Assembly: GCA_034002465.1 (NCBI GenBank) | Contig: JAVFAO010000001.1 | Span: forward strand, 1,086 to 65,085 | Source of the DNA: Myxococcota bacterium | GTDB taxonomy: Bacteria > Myxococcota_A > Bradymonadia > UBA4248 > JAVFAO01 | Length of the DNA: 64,000 nt | Reading direction: 5' to 3' | In this document: piece after piece, positions 51,301-60,837 of the stretch | Position numbering within the stretch: position 1 is the first letter of the stretch | Layout of the letters: each line of letters begins with the position of its first letter | Notes under the pieces: generated by a model | The model's database searches: none | Told to the model about the DNA's origin: nothing | What the model saw: the letters and a program-made list of their open reading frames with translations, nothing else | Program-made: the position numbers and the translations under genes

Positions 51301-53934
51301 CTCTTCCAGCTCGGGGTGCGTTTGGAGGGAGTCGACGCCGAGCGAGCCTACCGTTGCTATGAACAAGCCCTCGAGTCAGCGCCAGACCTGCAGGCTGCGC
51401 AGATTGCTCTCGAGCGCCTGTTGTTCATGGCCGGTCGCAGTGAGCAGTGTCTGGATCTGTATGCTCGGATAGGCGAGCACGCTCCTGCCCCCATCGCGGC
51501 CCAGTATCTCGCCCAGTACGCTGTGCTCTGCGATGAGGAGCGCCGCTCGGACCTGCTCGCTCAGCTCTCCCCCGAGGGTCAGCACCCTGCGATGTTGCTG
51601 CAGCGTTTTCGAATCGCTTCGACGACACAGAGCCCTGAGGCGGTGGCCGAGGTGTGCCATGCCTTTGCACATTGGGTGAAGGAGAGCAGCGCAGCGCGTT
51701 TGTTGCTGGAATCAGCGGTGGCGTTTGCATCGGCGACGGACTGGGCGGTATCCGAGGACTTGCTGTGGCATCTTCATGAGGCGGAGCCATCGAATCGCGG
51801 TCTCCTGCTGCAGTTGGGAGCGACCATAGATTTTGCTGGCGAGCGGGCCGAGGTCATGCGAGGGCTGGAGGCGCTGGCGCGGGCTGCTGGCAGCAGTCGC
51901 GAGAAGGCCTTGGTCGCACTGGACCAGGCCATCTATTTGCTCTCTGTGTCCGAGCTTGGTCAGGCAGCAGGGGTGCTCGAGGAGGCAGGCAATCACTGGC
52001 CGCGCTTCTTGCCGGTGCTCAAGTTACGCCGATACCTGGCAGAGGCCGAGGGGGATCCAGAGCGTATCGCGGTGCTCGCCGAGGAAGAGGCGGGCTTGGC
52101 CCGGGAGTCCTCGAACGTGCTGCGCTGTCTAATGCAGGCCGCGAGCATGCGGCAGGTCCGTCTGCAGGATATGCAGGGCGCAAAACGCCTCTTCATGCGC
52201 ATTCTCGAGATTGATCCTCTGCATGAGGGTGCGTTCATCTCTCTGGACTCGCTGCTTGCCGGGGAGCAGGCCTTTGATGCACAGCGGGCGCTGCTTCGGC
52301 GCCGGGCCGAGTTGGTGACCGATGAAGAGACGCGCAAGCGTTTGTTGGCGCGAGCGGCTCAGATTGCTGCATCCTCAGACAACGTAGAGGCTGCCATCGA
52401 TGACTACGAGCAGCAGCTCGCGGTGGACCCCAATGACACGGGGACTTATGAGAAGCTGGCCCAGCTCTGTATTCGAAACGAGCGCTGGGAACAAGCGGTT
52501 CATGCGTTGGAACGGCTGGTTCAGCGAGCGCGTGATCATGCACTTCTGCACAACAGCTACCGCCAACTCGGGATGCTGCTCTCGGAGAAGCTCTCCTCCG
52601 ATTCGCGGGCGCTGTCCGTGTTGCGCAATGCGCTCAAGCTGGTGCCCGATGATTTGCAGAGTCTGCACCAATTGGCCGTGATCTACGAGCGCAGCGGTGC
52701 TCACGACGAGTGTTTGGACACGTTGCAGCGGATCGTCGAGCTCGAGATTGACTTCAACAAGAAGAAGGGTGCTTTGACGCGTTTGTGCCTGGGTTTGCTC
52801 CAGTGGCGCCGTGATCATGCTGCGGCAGAGCAGCGTCTTCTCGAGATGCGTCAGCTCGATGCGCAGGATTTGTCGCTGCTCGAGCAAGTGGCAGGCGTTC
52901 TCGCGGAGCAGGGGCTTGGTCCCTATCGTGAGGGTTTGCTGCATGGCGCGTTTTCGACGCTTCGGGAGCAGTATCAATACGACACGAGCCGCACGGACCT
53001 GATGCATCCGCTGCATCGTCTCTGTCACATGCTCGAGTGGCAGGATCGGGCGTTCGTGTTCAGCGCTTTGCTCTACGGCGAGGGGATGGCCAACGATGAG
53101 GAGACGCAGTTTTATGAACAGAGCGTCTCGTCGCGGAGCGCCTCACGGGTGGTCAAGCCGCCACCGCAGCTCTTGGCGATGGTCGCCGCGCCGGGATTGA
53201 GCCGAGGGTTGCTGGAGCTGATGTGTCTGACCGAGCGTGCGATGTCGAGGGTTTCCCCGCAGAATGTACACATGAAGGCGCTTGCTTGGCGTTACAAGAT
53301 GCGTCCATCGTCGCGTACAGAGCTGTCGATCCTGGCCTCTTTCATGGAGTCCTTTGGCATCGGTGAGATTCCGTTTTACGTCTTGCCGGAGCGCGCGGAC
53401 ACGCCCTTCTTCATGGTCGGAAGGGAGACAGCTTTTGCTTTCACGGAAGAGGACTTACGGCACGAGCAATTGGCACAGACCCGCTTCCGGGTGGCTGCGG
53501 CCTGTGCCTCGGTGAGCTTGGGGGTGGCCGCGTTTTCTGCGCTGACGTTTTCGGAGTTTCACGCCATGATCTTGGCCTTGGCCAAGTCCTGCGCGCCCGA
53601 GCTGCAGACTTCGGCAGAGATCACCGCGTACGGTGATGCTTTCGCCAAGGTCTTGCCCAAGAAGACGCGCGAGCAGTTCCGGCCGTGGATGCTGCAGGCC
53701 ATCGAGAGCTTGACCGAGTCGCATCTGGTTGGAGAGTACCAGGCACTACAATTGACGTTGTTCCGGCAAGCGACCTTGGCCCTGATCGATCCATCGGGTG
53801 TGGTGCCCGCGCTGATGCGCGCCGAGGTGGACGGGACCTTGCCTGTGCGTGGAGCCACGCGAGACATGCAGGTCTTCTTGACGGGCGACCAATACGCGGA
53901 GTGGCGAAAGGAGAGCGGCGCCAGCATTACATGA
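45367..53934 (+). CDS. Giant (~2855 aa) alpha-helical TPR-like protein with an N-terminal polyproline module
   Basis: Start MANEPKDP. Residues 20-90 are PPLPP/APPPLP-rich. The rest is continuous helical repeat sequence of TPR/HEAT-like character. Single uninterrupted ORF with coding-like GC3. Confidence 0.75.
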   Translation: MANEPKDPSQARPPLPPTARASSSSGKAPPPLPVLKPPSLPRPTGAPPAPPLPPLPRPSGDANEEVIELFDLSDAEPVTSQVRMEELSKLASHGSARTAAPPPQLPQFKLPQRAEGDASSDEAVLSDSLEDLEQSEGGGHRRDTEAMSVADIFGHRKLVTEERRATEKMEAVGAQSEKGALEPLESGIVASVLDELSDLPSLSAVDFEVSSLSDPLASASLAVADLDPARPTVDLAAVLQAPVRPQSAVSSAPLPALWGLRNATRVARRASANQSRLGVEPTLTSGMLRMRTGVEGEFEKLYLPGLAVRMSSELLAEVSQVEPALQSAYLHLVATACRQSVVSEASTLARQLDTEAVELDPNLLLAHLWLVLGAWRESDWEDCALALGRMATQLDEIAHVRKELTTQLPLLYTLLELMMEWRLSESSETLLALCQHALSIEGNRLVALLNFTRQALARRDELDTGRGYRAVISSAPPIVAEAFAIDWMNQLWLERADPRAALGFWEELGELEVRDPYHLACVQMLAWANLSASLEIVALRGWSAFDEMAAYQPRSSDEGALLASRRAAFRHRISLLAAQQGEQRVREMELHEAIGLDPLCPLYVYEWAAESLAAGKLNAYESACSAQLALAQAQSRRHAIAFAALSRGVDLDALSEEQRVELGSIDEPAAKMLYARHLRKLGESEAAARVESALCAETLPWMAGVLAELELGDFELASSIYREGLANGASDPILRASLRRCARALGLELEEPGFGGQGRDSKWRMALQAQGLDEQVEKLGELVREDASELLAWQYLIERLVEQGDYRRLDASCQKLSSLAGGDDFLSRWALEYRVLVLSAQPPAAGIARALKDLATAYPDSVMLWQGEYQQLVRVGKWQDLVQHCEIEARRHQQLRSWLQLRSAWIERTLLGNAQRALELIADLCVEEEAAPVVRQAFWMLLAETGDWERLSNAFERMLQSCGPSPRSALLQHLGSLRQDRLSEIDAAERAYRSALALDPDAAGAWRELIGAAWRRRDWEALSRTLKERLERELSPMVRRTHLRERGFVTAVLLNQLQLAEQSYLQLLELDRDVFALRGLSRLARVLGNNPALIRLLGEMVEEIDDPFDQLYALAEQGRCLQRVNGVVSAEWMSSLAELMPGHPLFEFFFFTMLEEKAIAPQQLLALSELLIGSEHRARSALDRLMLARLLRAADEHEQAQARLRGLWEEDPDCIPALLELLANAQRAGQHEEALACFAELRGLFVPLPMPRAALLAARAHAQACGKAEVLSAIEAELGLLEDQGEVELELSDPSQFLALCEELLGVQNSPLRRGYLLVNMARLQESIQLERSEASYALWLAAARLVPASREVHQALMRYAIYDELGTEQRAELRRYLLGLLQSDEYVEMWLQIANVHENRDDADGAREALDTVLSCNPGERRALQRLAELAWERGEIDIATSWLQKLAHITTHRGLRAAIELEIGLILETLFERPLESFDHYSRALEALPSDASLLYFGARAMESLEEWGTAAQMRLQEASAHRFGSEYQAIIWSAARIFGRRLNSYDVLRGLVDRNQHPSIAFDPKLLLVVHELASLFGDNDTLLLQRLLESVEGSSLRAALCWQGSEWSTDANEQVAWLQRSLECDPCFILAAYPLEFGAAELVSTEALAHALAAQGRCERNAMLLSRAAELANNAGAASFALELLEVAVELLDDHALLLPWGPGSVLMRVVEPCVQGRVAALREALRARHLSDSSRMFMEYQFACAGSGEEALRSWRWIVERRSRDGYAKERLELLLGKDSDRRALLAQRRHRLDSLRARVAADTLDKSAKVEGNQQSRQQESQTNSEQIRLASWELALMLCTERDALAELRELLDEQLQRSPRDLAFWMLRSMIERRWSLDELLDAVLSAAISAMGEDAPAQWWLEKGLLAHFSLDRKQDAIAAYQMLLAAQPSCLIAHDALGELLPPDSAEWLSALESRIAAEVDESYRAVLLFQLGVRLEGVDAERAYRCYEQALESAPDLQAAQIALERLLFMAGRSEQCLDLYARIGEHAPAPIAAQYLAQYAVLCDEERRSDLLAQLSPEGQHPAMLLQRFRIASTTQSPEAVAEVCHAFAHWVKESSAARLLLESAVAFASATDWAVSEDLLWHLHEAEPSNRGLLLQLGATIDFAGERAEVMRGLEALARAAGSSREKALVALDQAIYLLSVSELGQAAGVLEEAGNHWPRFLPVLKLRRYLAEAEGDPERIAVLAEEEAGLARESSNVLRCLMQAASMRQVRLQDMQGAKRLFMRILEIDPLHEGAFISLDSLLAGEQAFDAQRALLRRRAELVTDEETRKRLLARAAQIAASSDNVEAAIDDYEQQLAVDPNDTGTYEKLAQLCIRNERWEQAVHALERLVQRARDHALLHNSYRQLGMLLSEKLSSDSRALSVLRNALKLVPDDLQSLHQLAVIYERSGAHDECLDTLQRIVELEIDFNKKKGALTRLCLGLLQWRRDHAAAEQRLLEMRQLDAQDLSLLEQVAGVLAEQGLGPYREGLLHGAFSTLREQYQYDTSRTDLMHPLHRLCHMLEWQDRAFVFSALLYGEGMANDEETQFYEQSVSSRSASRVVKPPPQLLAMVAAPGLSRGLLELMCLTERAMSRVSPQNVHMKALAWRYKMRPSSRTELSILASFMESFGIGEIPFYVLPERADTPFFMVGRETAFAFTEEDLRHEQLAQTRFRVAAACASVSLGVAAFSALTFSEFHAMILALAKSCAPELQTSAEITAYGDAFAKVLPKKTREQFRPWMLQAIESLTESHLVGEYQALQLTLFRQATLALIDPSGVVPALMRAEVDGTLPVRGATRDMQVFLTGDQYAEWRKESGASIT

Positions 53935-53992
53935 GCGAGCTCAGGGGCGGCGCACGTCTGTTTCGAGGAAGTCACGCGTCTTGCTTGCGCGC

Positions 53993-54598
<606 letters not shown>

Positions 54599-54775
54599 GT
54601 ATTCCTCCTCGTCGTCGTCGTCCCAGCCACTGCACGTAGCTGCGTCCGAGGCTAACAAAGTGGTGAGGTCGCTCAGACTCTGTGGACGCAGAGGGAGCGA
54701 AGAGATGTCGGTGGCAGAGAGAAGCATGGCACGGGGCTCCGGAGCCCGTCGTGAGCAACGGCGGGCGGTCAGCAG

Positions 54776-56110
54776 CTATTCGCCTTCGCTGGGAGCGTCT
54801 TGAGCATCCTCGGAGGACTCAGGTGCCTTGGGCTCGACGAGCTTGGCGTTGGCGATGAGGAACTTGAGGGTCGCCTCGCGCTTGGTTTCGGCACCAAGCT
54901 GCTCCTGCATGTGAGGAGCGCGGTAGATGCGCCGGATTTTGTCGATGCTGGTGTTGTGCTGCGCGGCGAGGTTGCGCAGGTATTGCTCTTGGTCGGTGGG
55001 GTTGGCCTCGATGCCCTCACGCTCGGCGATGGCGTCGATGATGATCTGATTTTGGAAGGTGCGGGTGACTTCGGCGTAGACCGAGGGAACGGAACCCTGC
55101 ACCAGCTCTTGGATGGTTTCTTGCGGCAGTCCGCTCTGTGCCCAGAAGCGAGCGGTGTTTTCAATCTGTTCCTGAGTGCGCTGTTGCAGCCAGCCATGGG
55201 GCAGGTCGAAGGGATGGGCATCGCGGAGGCGCTGTAGCAGCAGCTCACGCAGCTGCTCTTCGTGCTGGCTCCTGAGCCGCTCAGCGAGGCGATTGCGCAA
55301 GGATTCTCGCAGGTCCGCCAAGGTCTCGGCGATTCCGGTGTCGCGTGCAAACTCGTCGTCGAGCTCGGGCAGGAGCTTGCTTTTGATTTGCCGAACCGTG
55401 ACTTCGAGCTTGAAGCTCTGGCCAGCGAGGTGGGGAAAGTGGGGGTAGGGCTCTGGTGCAGTGACCTCGACCTCTCGGGCTTCGTCGATGGTCGCTCCGA
55501 TGAGTCCATTTTCGAGGCCGGTTGGGACGATGCCCTCTCGGACCTCAATGAGCTGTCCTTCATTTCGGAATTCTTCGAGGGCACCACCACCGATGCCTCT
55601 GAAGTCGAAGATGACGAAGTCGCCAAGCTCGGCGACCCGGCGATCTTCGACAGGTTCGAGGGAGCGGTGTTTCTCCCGTAGGGCTTCGAGCTCCTGATCG
55701 ATCATCTGCTCGTCGAGCTTGGGAGCGCTGCTCTCGAGCTCGACACCCAGGTAGTCCTGAACTTCGAGCTGGGGCTTCACCTCGGCGTGGAAGCTGACCA
55801 CCACATCGCTGTTCTTCTTCCCTTCATCCTGGATATTCGGAGGAGAGATGAAGATCAGGCCAGGCAGCTCTTGGTTGAGCTTTCGCAGGCGTTGGACCAC
55901 GAGGGTATCGACGGCCTCAGCTCTGACCCGTTTTCCGTAGAGATTGTTGAGCACGTCACGCGGCACCTTGCCGGCTCGGAAACCCTTGACCTGCGCCTTC
56001 TTTCGCAGCGCAGCGAAGCCGCGCTCCTCTTCCTTGCTGAGGTCTTCTTTGGGCAGCGTAATGGTGATGTGTCGCTCGACCCCATTGCGTTCTTCGATCT
56101 GCAAGTCCAT
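54776..56110 (-). CDS. tig: Trigger factor
   Basis: MDLQIEERNGVERHITITLPKE.. with an N-terminal ribosome-binding domain, a central PPIase-like domain and a C-terminal domain. Adjacent to clpP in the conserved tig-clpP order. Confidence 0.9.
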   Translation of the reverse strand: MDLQIEERNGVERHITITLPKEDLSKEEERGFAALRKKAQVKGFRAGKVPRDVLNNLYGKRVRAEAVDTLVVQRLRKLNQELPGLIFISPPNIQDEGKKNSDVVVSFHAEVKPQLEVQDYLGVELESSAPKLDEQMIDQELEALREKHRSLEPVEDRRVAELGDFVIFDFRGIGGGALEEFRNEGQLIEVREGIVPTGLENGLIGATIDEAREVEVTAPEPYPHFPHLAGQSFKLEVTVRQIKSKLLPELDDEFARDTGIAETLADLRESLRNRLAERLRSQHEEQLRELLLQRLRDAHPFDLPHGWLQQRTQEQIENTARFWAQSGLPQETIQELVQGSVPSVYAEVTRTFQNQIIIDAIAEREGIEANPTDQEQYLRNLAAQHNTSIDKIRRIYRAPHMQEQLGAETKREATLKFLIANAKLVEPKAPESSEDAQDAPSEGE

Positions 56111-56336
56111 TTGCTTCTTGCATCCTGCTGGCTATCCGGGCGCCGCGCGACCGGAATGTGAACCAAGCCCTGGAGCTGGCCCTGTCACGACCTCGAGCTC
56201 GAATCGCCGTCAGCGTACACTTAAGAGCGCTGCAGCGGCTCGAACTCGGGCCGGGCGACACTAAAAGGATTTGTCATCGCTCGTCAAGGCAGGAAAAGCG
56301 TCTTCGGCCTTGAGCCGTGGGCTTGGCGAGGCTCGC

Positions 56337-58151
56337 TCAGCTCGGGCGGTCGACCATCAGTCGTTGTCTGCCGATGAGGATGGTGTCACCATGGCTGAGC
56401 TCGGTTTCGCTCCGCAAAGCGAGGAATACACCGGTGTTGGAGGCGAGGTCGATGAGCATGTAGCTCGAGCGGCCATCGAACTGGATCTGGACGTGCTTGT
56501 CCGTGAGGAGGTCGTCTTCGGGGAAGCAGAGGTTGCATCCGGCACGACCGATGGTGAGCACATCGCGAATGATCACTTGGTCTGCGACCTCTCCGGACTC
56601 GGTCATGACCATGATGCGGGCGGCCATGGAAGGGTTGGCCGCCCCCATCGCCCGTGTGCCTTGCGAGTCGGGCTGAGGAGCTGCCCAGCCTTGCCGGAAC
56701 TTGATCACCTGCCGGCCCATGCAGAAGCGATCGCCGTCTTGGAGCAAGGCCTGGCGCGAGATGCGTAGGAAGATGCCATTGAGGCTGTACATGTCCTTGA
56801 TCAGCAGTCCTGAGCGGCGCACGGCGAGCTGAGCGTGCCAAGGGCTGACGCAGGGGTCATTGGTGAGCAGCACGTCGCCTTCTGTGCGGCCAATAATGGT
56901 TTTTCCTGGACGCAGGGGCAGTCGCTCCTTGGCTCGCCCATACTCATCGACGAAGAGCAGGGAAGTCTCGCTGGCACCGGCACGCGCCGAAGGTTCCTCC
57001 CGAGCTCTGCTGGGCTCCTCGCGAATCGGGGCCTCTCCACTCATGGGACGCGCCAAATCTTGGCCGCCGGAGAAGCGTCGCTCGGGTTCACGGGCGGGGC
57101 TAGGGTTGAGCTGGGGGTGCTGGATGAACTGGCCACCGTAGCTCGGGGCATTGCCAAAGCCTGGTGCTGCCGCGGCGGCGGCAGGTGCCTGTGGCGAAGC
57201 GGGCACTTGTACGGGGTATGCGCCGGCGGAGACAGGCCCCGCAGCAGGAGCCGGTGTGTGCTGCGCGTAGTGTGGTGGACTGGTCTGCTGTGCGTACTGA
57301 GGAGCTGGCGTCTGCTGGACGTAATGAGGCTGCGCTTCGGCGAACTGCGGTGCTGGTGCCGGTGCGTGACGAGAGGGCGGCGGTGCAGGCATGCCCCGTG
57401 AAGACCGGGGTGGCGGGGCAGGCATGCTGCGTTGTCGAGGTCCGGAGAAGGACTGCACCGAGGCGTTGGGGTCACTGCTGGTGGATGCGGCGAGAGCAAG
57501 CCCCGTCTCCTCGGCGCTGGGGACGGAGAGCTGTTGTGCTTGCCAAGCAGCGGCTTGTGCGCTGGTCATTCCGGGGGTGTTCCCGTGGCTGGCTGACACG
57601 GCGACAGGGCGCGAAGGGGGGGGCGCGTGCATGTTGAGCGCCTGTGAGGCGTCGGTGCTTGCTGATGCCGAGAGGGCTTGCTCGGTTTGGACGCGGTCCG
57701 GTCCGGTGCCATGCTGGGCTTCCCAGGCCGCGCGGTCTGTGTAGAGTGGGGCCGCAACAGCGCTTCGTCCGAGCTGCTCTTGATAGCGATTCTGGTCGAG
57801 CAGCGCCCTCCCACCGTCGGCCCTGGCTGCGGTCGCTTGCGTGGGTGGCGGCCCGTAGCGGTCGGCGGGAGAATAGCCTGAGATCCCCGTGTCGCGGGCT
57901 TGGATGGGCCCTCGCAAAGAGCCAATGTCTGCTTTGCGACCGATCAGGTCCTCTTTCCCCTTGTGAACCGTTTGGCCTCGCTCTTGCCGGTGTACCTTGT
58001 CATCATCCTTGAATGCCGCCGCCTTCTCCTGTTCCTTCTTCGGGACCATTGCCTTCTGTCGAAGGGCAAACGGAATACGTGCGTTGCACTTGTGACAGCG
58101 CTCGCGATCGGCATCGTTGGGGGTATCACAGTTTGGACAGCGGACGACCAT
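56337..58151 (-). CDS. Zinc-ribbon / double-FHA domain protein
   Basis: N-terminal CPNCD..CHKC zinc ribbon, a P/Q/A-rich linker, and two FHA domains (TIIGRTEGDVLL..NGIFL and LTIGRAGCNLCF..NTGVFL). Confidence 0.8.
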   Translation of the reverse strand: MVVRCPNCDTPNDADRERCHKCNARIPFALRQKAMVPKKEQEKAAAFKDDDKVHRQERGQTVHKGKEDLIGRKADIGSLRGPIQARDTGISGYSPADRYGPPPTQATAARADGGRALLDQNRYQEQLGRSAVAAPLYTDRAAWEAQHGTGPDRVQTEQALSASASTDASQALNMHAPPPSRPVAVSASHGNTPGMTSAQAAAWQAQQLSVPSAEETGLALAASTSSDPNASVQSFSGPRQRSMPAPPPRSSRGMPAPPPSRHAPAPAPQFAEAQPHYVQQTPAPQYAQQTSPPHYAQHTPAPAAGPVSAGAYPVQVPASPQAPAAAAAAPGFGNAPSYGGQFIQHPQLNPSPAREPERRFSGGQDLARPMSGEAPIREEPSRAREEPSARAGASETSLLFVDEYGRAKERLPLRPGKTIIGRTEGDVLLTNDPCVSPWHAQLAVRRSGLLIKDMYSLNGIFLRISRQALLQDGDRFCMGRQVIKFRQGWAAPQPDSQGTRAMGAANPSMAARIMVMTESGEVADQVIIRDVLTIGRAGCNLCFPEDDLLTDKHVQIQFDGRSSYMLIDLASNTGVFLALRSETELSHGDTILIGRQRLMVDRPS

Positions 58152-58408
58152 GCAAAACTCCCAAGCTGGTTCCTGGTGTACTATTTCAGAGTCGGTGAGC
58201 GAGCTGGTATCTCTGGACAGAGCGCGTGCTCAGCGCGCTGCAGCAGCAACACCGCTCGCGAGATGCCCTCTCCTTGACTCCATATCATTGCCCCCCATTG
58301 GATGCAATCAGCTGCACGCGCCAACGCCAGACGGGCTTTTCTCTGTCGGGCTCATGACGCTCAGCAGCATTCTTGCTATGCTCAGAGGCGGGAGTGCTGG
58401 ATTGCAAT

Positions 58409-58479
58409 CGAAAGCGAGCGAAGGGTGCTCCATTCTCGCGAGTCATCGAGCGAGGTCGGTACCCGAGAGCGAGCGAATG
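58409..58479 (+). promoter_or_regulatory. Conserved 5' leader element, copy B (minimal form)
   Basis: CGAAAGCGAGCGAAGGGtgctccATTCTCGCGAgtcaTCGAGCGAGGTCGGTACCCGAGAGCGAGCGAATG, 17 bp upstream of the CRTAC1-like gene start. Confidence 0.6.
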
Positions 58480-58495
58480 CAAAGGTGAGGTGGGC

Positions 58496-60703
58496 ATGAG
58501 GCAAGCTTGGCTGATCGTTTGTTGTGGGCTCGCACTGTGCAGCTATGGCTGCGATGACGAGAAGAAGACGCCTCCCCCCGATGAGGTCGACAGTGGCGAT
58601 ATCCAGGGCGATATCCAGGTCGATGCAGAGCTCGATGAAGAGCTCGCTCCAGACGAGCACGACGCGGAAGCTGACGACACCCAGCACGACGACGCTGCGA
58701 GTTGTCCCCTCGAGGTCCCTCTGAGCGTGAGCATCGAGGGGCTGCCCGAGCTGCTGCCGCAGAACACGCGAGAGCTGAGCGTGACGCTACGCTTCTCACG
58801 CGAGCTCTCGGCCTTTCCGCCCGAGAGCGTGCAGCTCGATGGGGGAGCTCAGCTCAATCTGACGGGGGCTGGCGCCGAGTACCATCTGGCCATCTCAGGT
58901 CTCCAGCTCAATGGCGCCTATGCGCTTCGTATTCTCGGTGCTGCGCAAGGGCCCCTCGATCAGTGCGGTGACGGTTTGCCCGATGCGCTCGAGCAAGCAT
59001 TCTACGTCGATGGATGGTCCCTGCGCGAGCCCTGGCAGAGCGCGGCCCTTGCCGAGCGCAGCGCTCCGCTCTTCGCCAACATCAACGAAGAGGCTGGTTT
59101 GAACGGCAAAACCAGCGGGGACTCACGGGCTCAGATCGCCGATGTCGACGGCGACGGGCAGGAAGACCTGGTCGTATGGCCCACGAGTCGCACGCCAATG
59201 CACCCCAAGATCTTCCGTCGTCTTGGCCGTGGTACCCAGATCAGCTTCATGGAGGTCGCGACGTTGCTGGGGATCGGTGCCGCCGATGCGGCCATCTTCG
59301 TCTTCGGAGATGTCGACAACGATGGTGACCTCGACGCGTTCACAGGCACGGCGTACCAAAATCCGGGGACGGAGCTGGGCATCTGGCTCAACGACGGGCG
59401 CGGGGTCTTCTCACGCGTCGAAGACCCCGGTTTTGCTGGCGCCTTCGATCGGCGCTCGGCTGGTCACGATTACTACAAGACCATGTCCGCTGCCTCCTTT
59501 GCTGACTTCGATGGAGATGGCTGGCTCGACCTCTACATCGGGACCTGGTACTCCGGCTCAGCAAGCTCAGGTGGTCAGCTCTATCCCCCCGACGATGAGC
59601 TCTATCGCGGTGATGGCACGGGACATTTCACCCTCGTCGAGCTGCCGTCCCAGCACAACCCTCTCAGCGATACCCACAACCCAGAGCTGGTCGACATCAG
59701 TCGCGCCGCCTACGGCATCGCCGTCGCCGACTACGACGATGACGGAGACCTCGATATCTTCGTCAACAATTATGGCGCTGGGCGCCCTGCCTTTAACCCA
59801 CCGAGCCCACCGCTGTATATCGATCACAACTTCCTCTGGCGAAACGATGGTGACATGAGCTTCACCGATGTGGGCATCGAGGCGGGTGTCGCAGCCACCA
59901 TGCGTGGCATTGGCGGTGTTCAGGAGGAGAGTCCCGTGGTCATCGCGGGTGTCACCTATCCCTCGCCCATTGGCGGAAACGGCTTCGGTTGTCAGTGGTC
60001 CGATTTCGACAATGATGGAGATCTCGATCTCATTGTTGGCACCATTGCCCACCCAGATTATCCTCAGAGCGACAGGACGATGCTTCACGTCAACCAGGGT
60101 GATGGACGCTTCAGCGAAGAGAGCGCCGAGAGAGGACTCGAATACTACGAGGACGAGCTTCATCCAGTCTGGGTCGATGTCGATAACGACGGGCGACTCG
60201 ATCTCGTCGTGTCGCGTTTGCGGGGTGGCTCCAAGTGGGAGTTCTACTTCCAAGACGAGCAAGGCCACTTCGTCAAGCAGAGCTACGCCTTCACTGGGGT
60301 CGACATTCAACGACCCGGTCCGAGTGTCTGGTTCGATGTGGACGAGGACGGGGATCTCGACTTCTACCTGGCGCGAGATGGCGAGGGGATTCTCTACCGC
60401 AACCTCCTCGGTCAGGAGAACAACTGGCTGGTGTTCGAGCTCCACGCCAGTGCTCCGCGTGACGCCACTGGTGCCATGCTCAGCCTCGAGACCAGCACGG
60501 GGACGCAGCGCAGAGACATCAGCTCCGGAAATGGCCACTTCAACACCCAAAGCTCGCGACGGCTCCACTTTGGGCTGGGCGGCGACAATGGTGCCAAGAA
60601 TGTGAGCATTCGCTGGCCCAACGGTGAGATTCAAGAGTTGGGGGCGCTCAAGGCGAACCGGCGTTTGCGCGTGACCCAGGGCGGAAGCATCGAGATGTTT
60701 TAG
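58496..60703 (+). CDS. CRTAC1-family lipoprotein (FG-GAP/VCBS repeats plus ASPIC/UnbV C-terminal domain)
   Basis: Lipobox GLALCSYGC; an acidic linker; about 7 calcium-binding DxDxDG repeats (FGDVDNDGDLD etc.); C-terminal GNGHFNTQSSRRLHFGLG..VSIRWPNGEIQ. Confidence 0.8.
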   Translation: MRQAWLIVCCGLALCSYGCDDEKKTPPPDEVDSGDIQGDIQVDAELDEELAPDEHDAEADDTQHDDAASCPLEVPLSVSIEGLPELLPQNTRELSVTLRFSRELSAFPPESVQLDGGAQLNLTGAGAEYHLAISGLQLNGAYALRILGAAQGPLDQCGDGLPDALEQAFYVDGWSLREPWQSAALAERSAPLFANINEEAGLNGKTSGDSRAQIADVDGDGQEDLVVWPTSRTPMHPKIFRRLGRGTQISFMEVATLLGIGAADAAIFVFGDVDNDGDLDAFTGTAYQNPGTELGIWLNDGRGVFSRVEDPGFAGAFDRRSAGHDYYKTMSAASFADFDGDGWLDLYIGTWYSGSASSGGQLYPPDDELYRGDGTGHFTLVELPSQHNPLSDTHNPELVDISRAAYGIAVADYDDDGDLDIFVNNYGAGRPAFNPPSPPLYIDHNFLWRNDGDMSFTDVGIEAGVAATMRGIGGVQEESPVVIAGVTYPSPIGGNGFGCQWSDFDNDGDLDLIVGTIAHPDYPQSDRTMLHVNQGDGRFSEESAERGLEYYEDELHPVWVDVDNDGRLDLVVSRLRGGSKWEFYFQDEQGHFVKQSYAFTGVDIQRPGPSVWFDVDEDGDLDFYLARDGEGILYRNLLGQENNWLVFELHASAPRDATGAMLSLETSTGTQRRDISSGNGHFNTQSSRRLHFGLGGDNGAKNVSIRWPNGEIQELGALKANRRLRVTQGGSIEMF

Positions 60704-60837
60704 CTGCTTCCAGCCTGCGTGACGAGCTCGAGAGTGTTGCTCCATGTTCTCGGCAGGAATGCGGATTTCACTGGGTTCCTTCGTTGTTCTGGGCTGTGAC
60801 CAACTTCGACAAGCCTGCAAGTGGAGTCGAAGACCAC

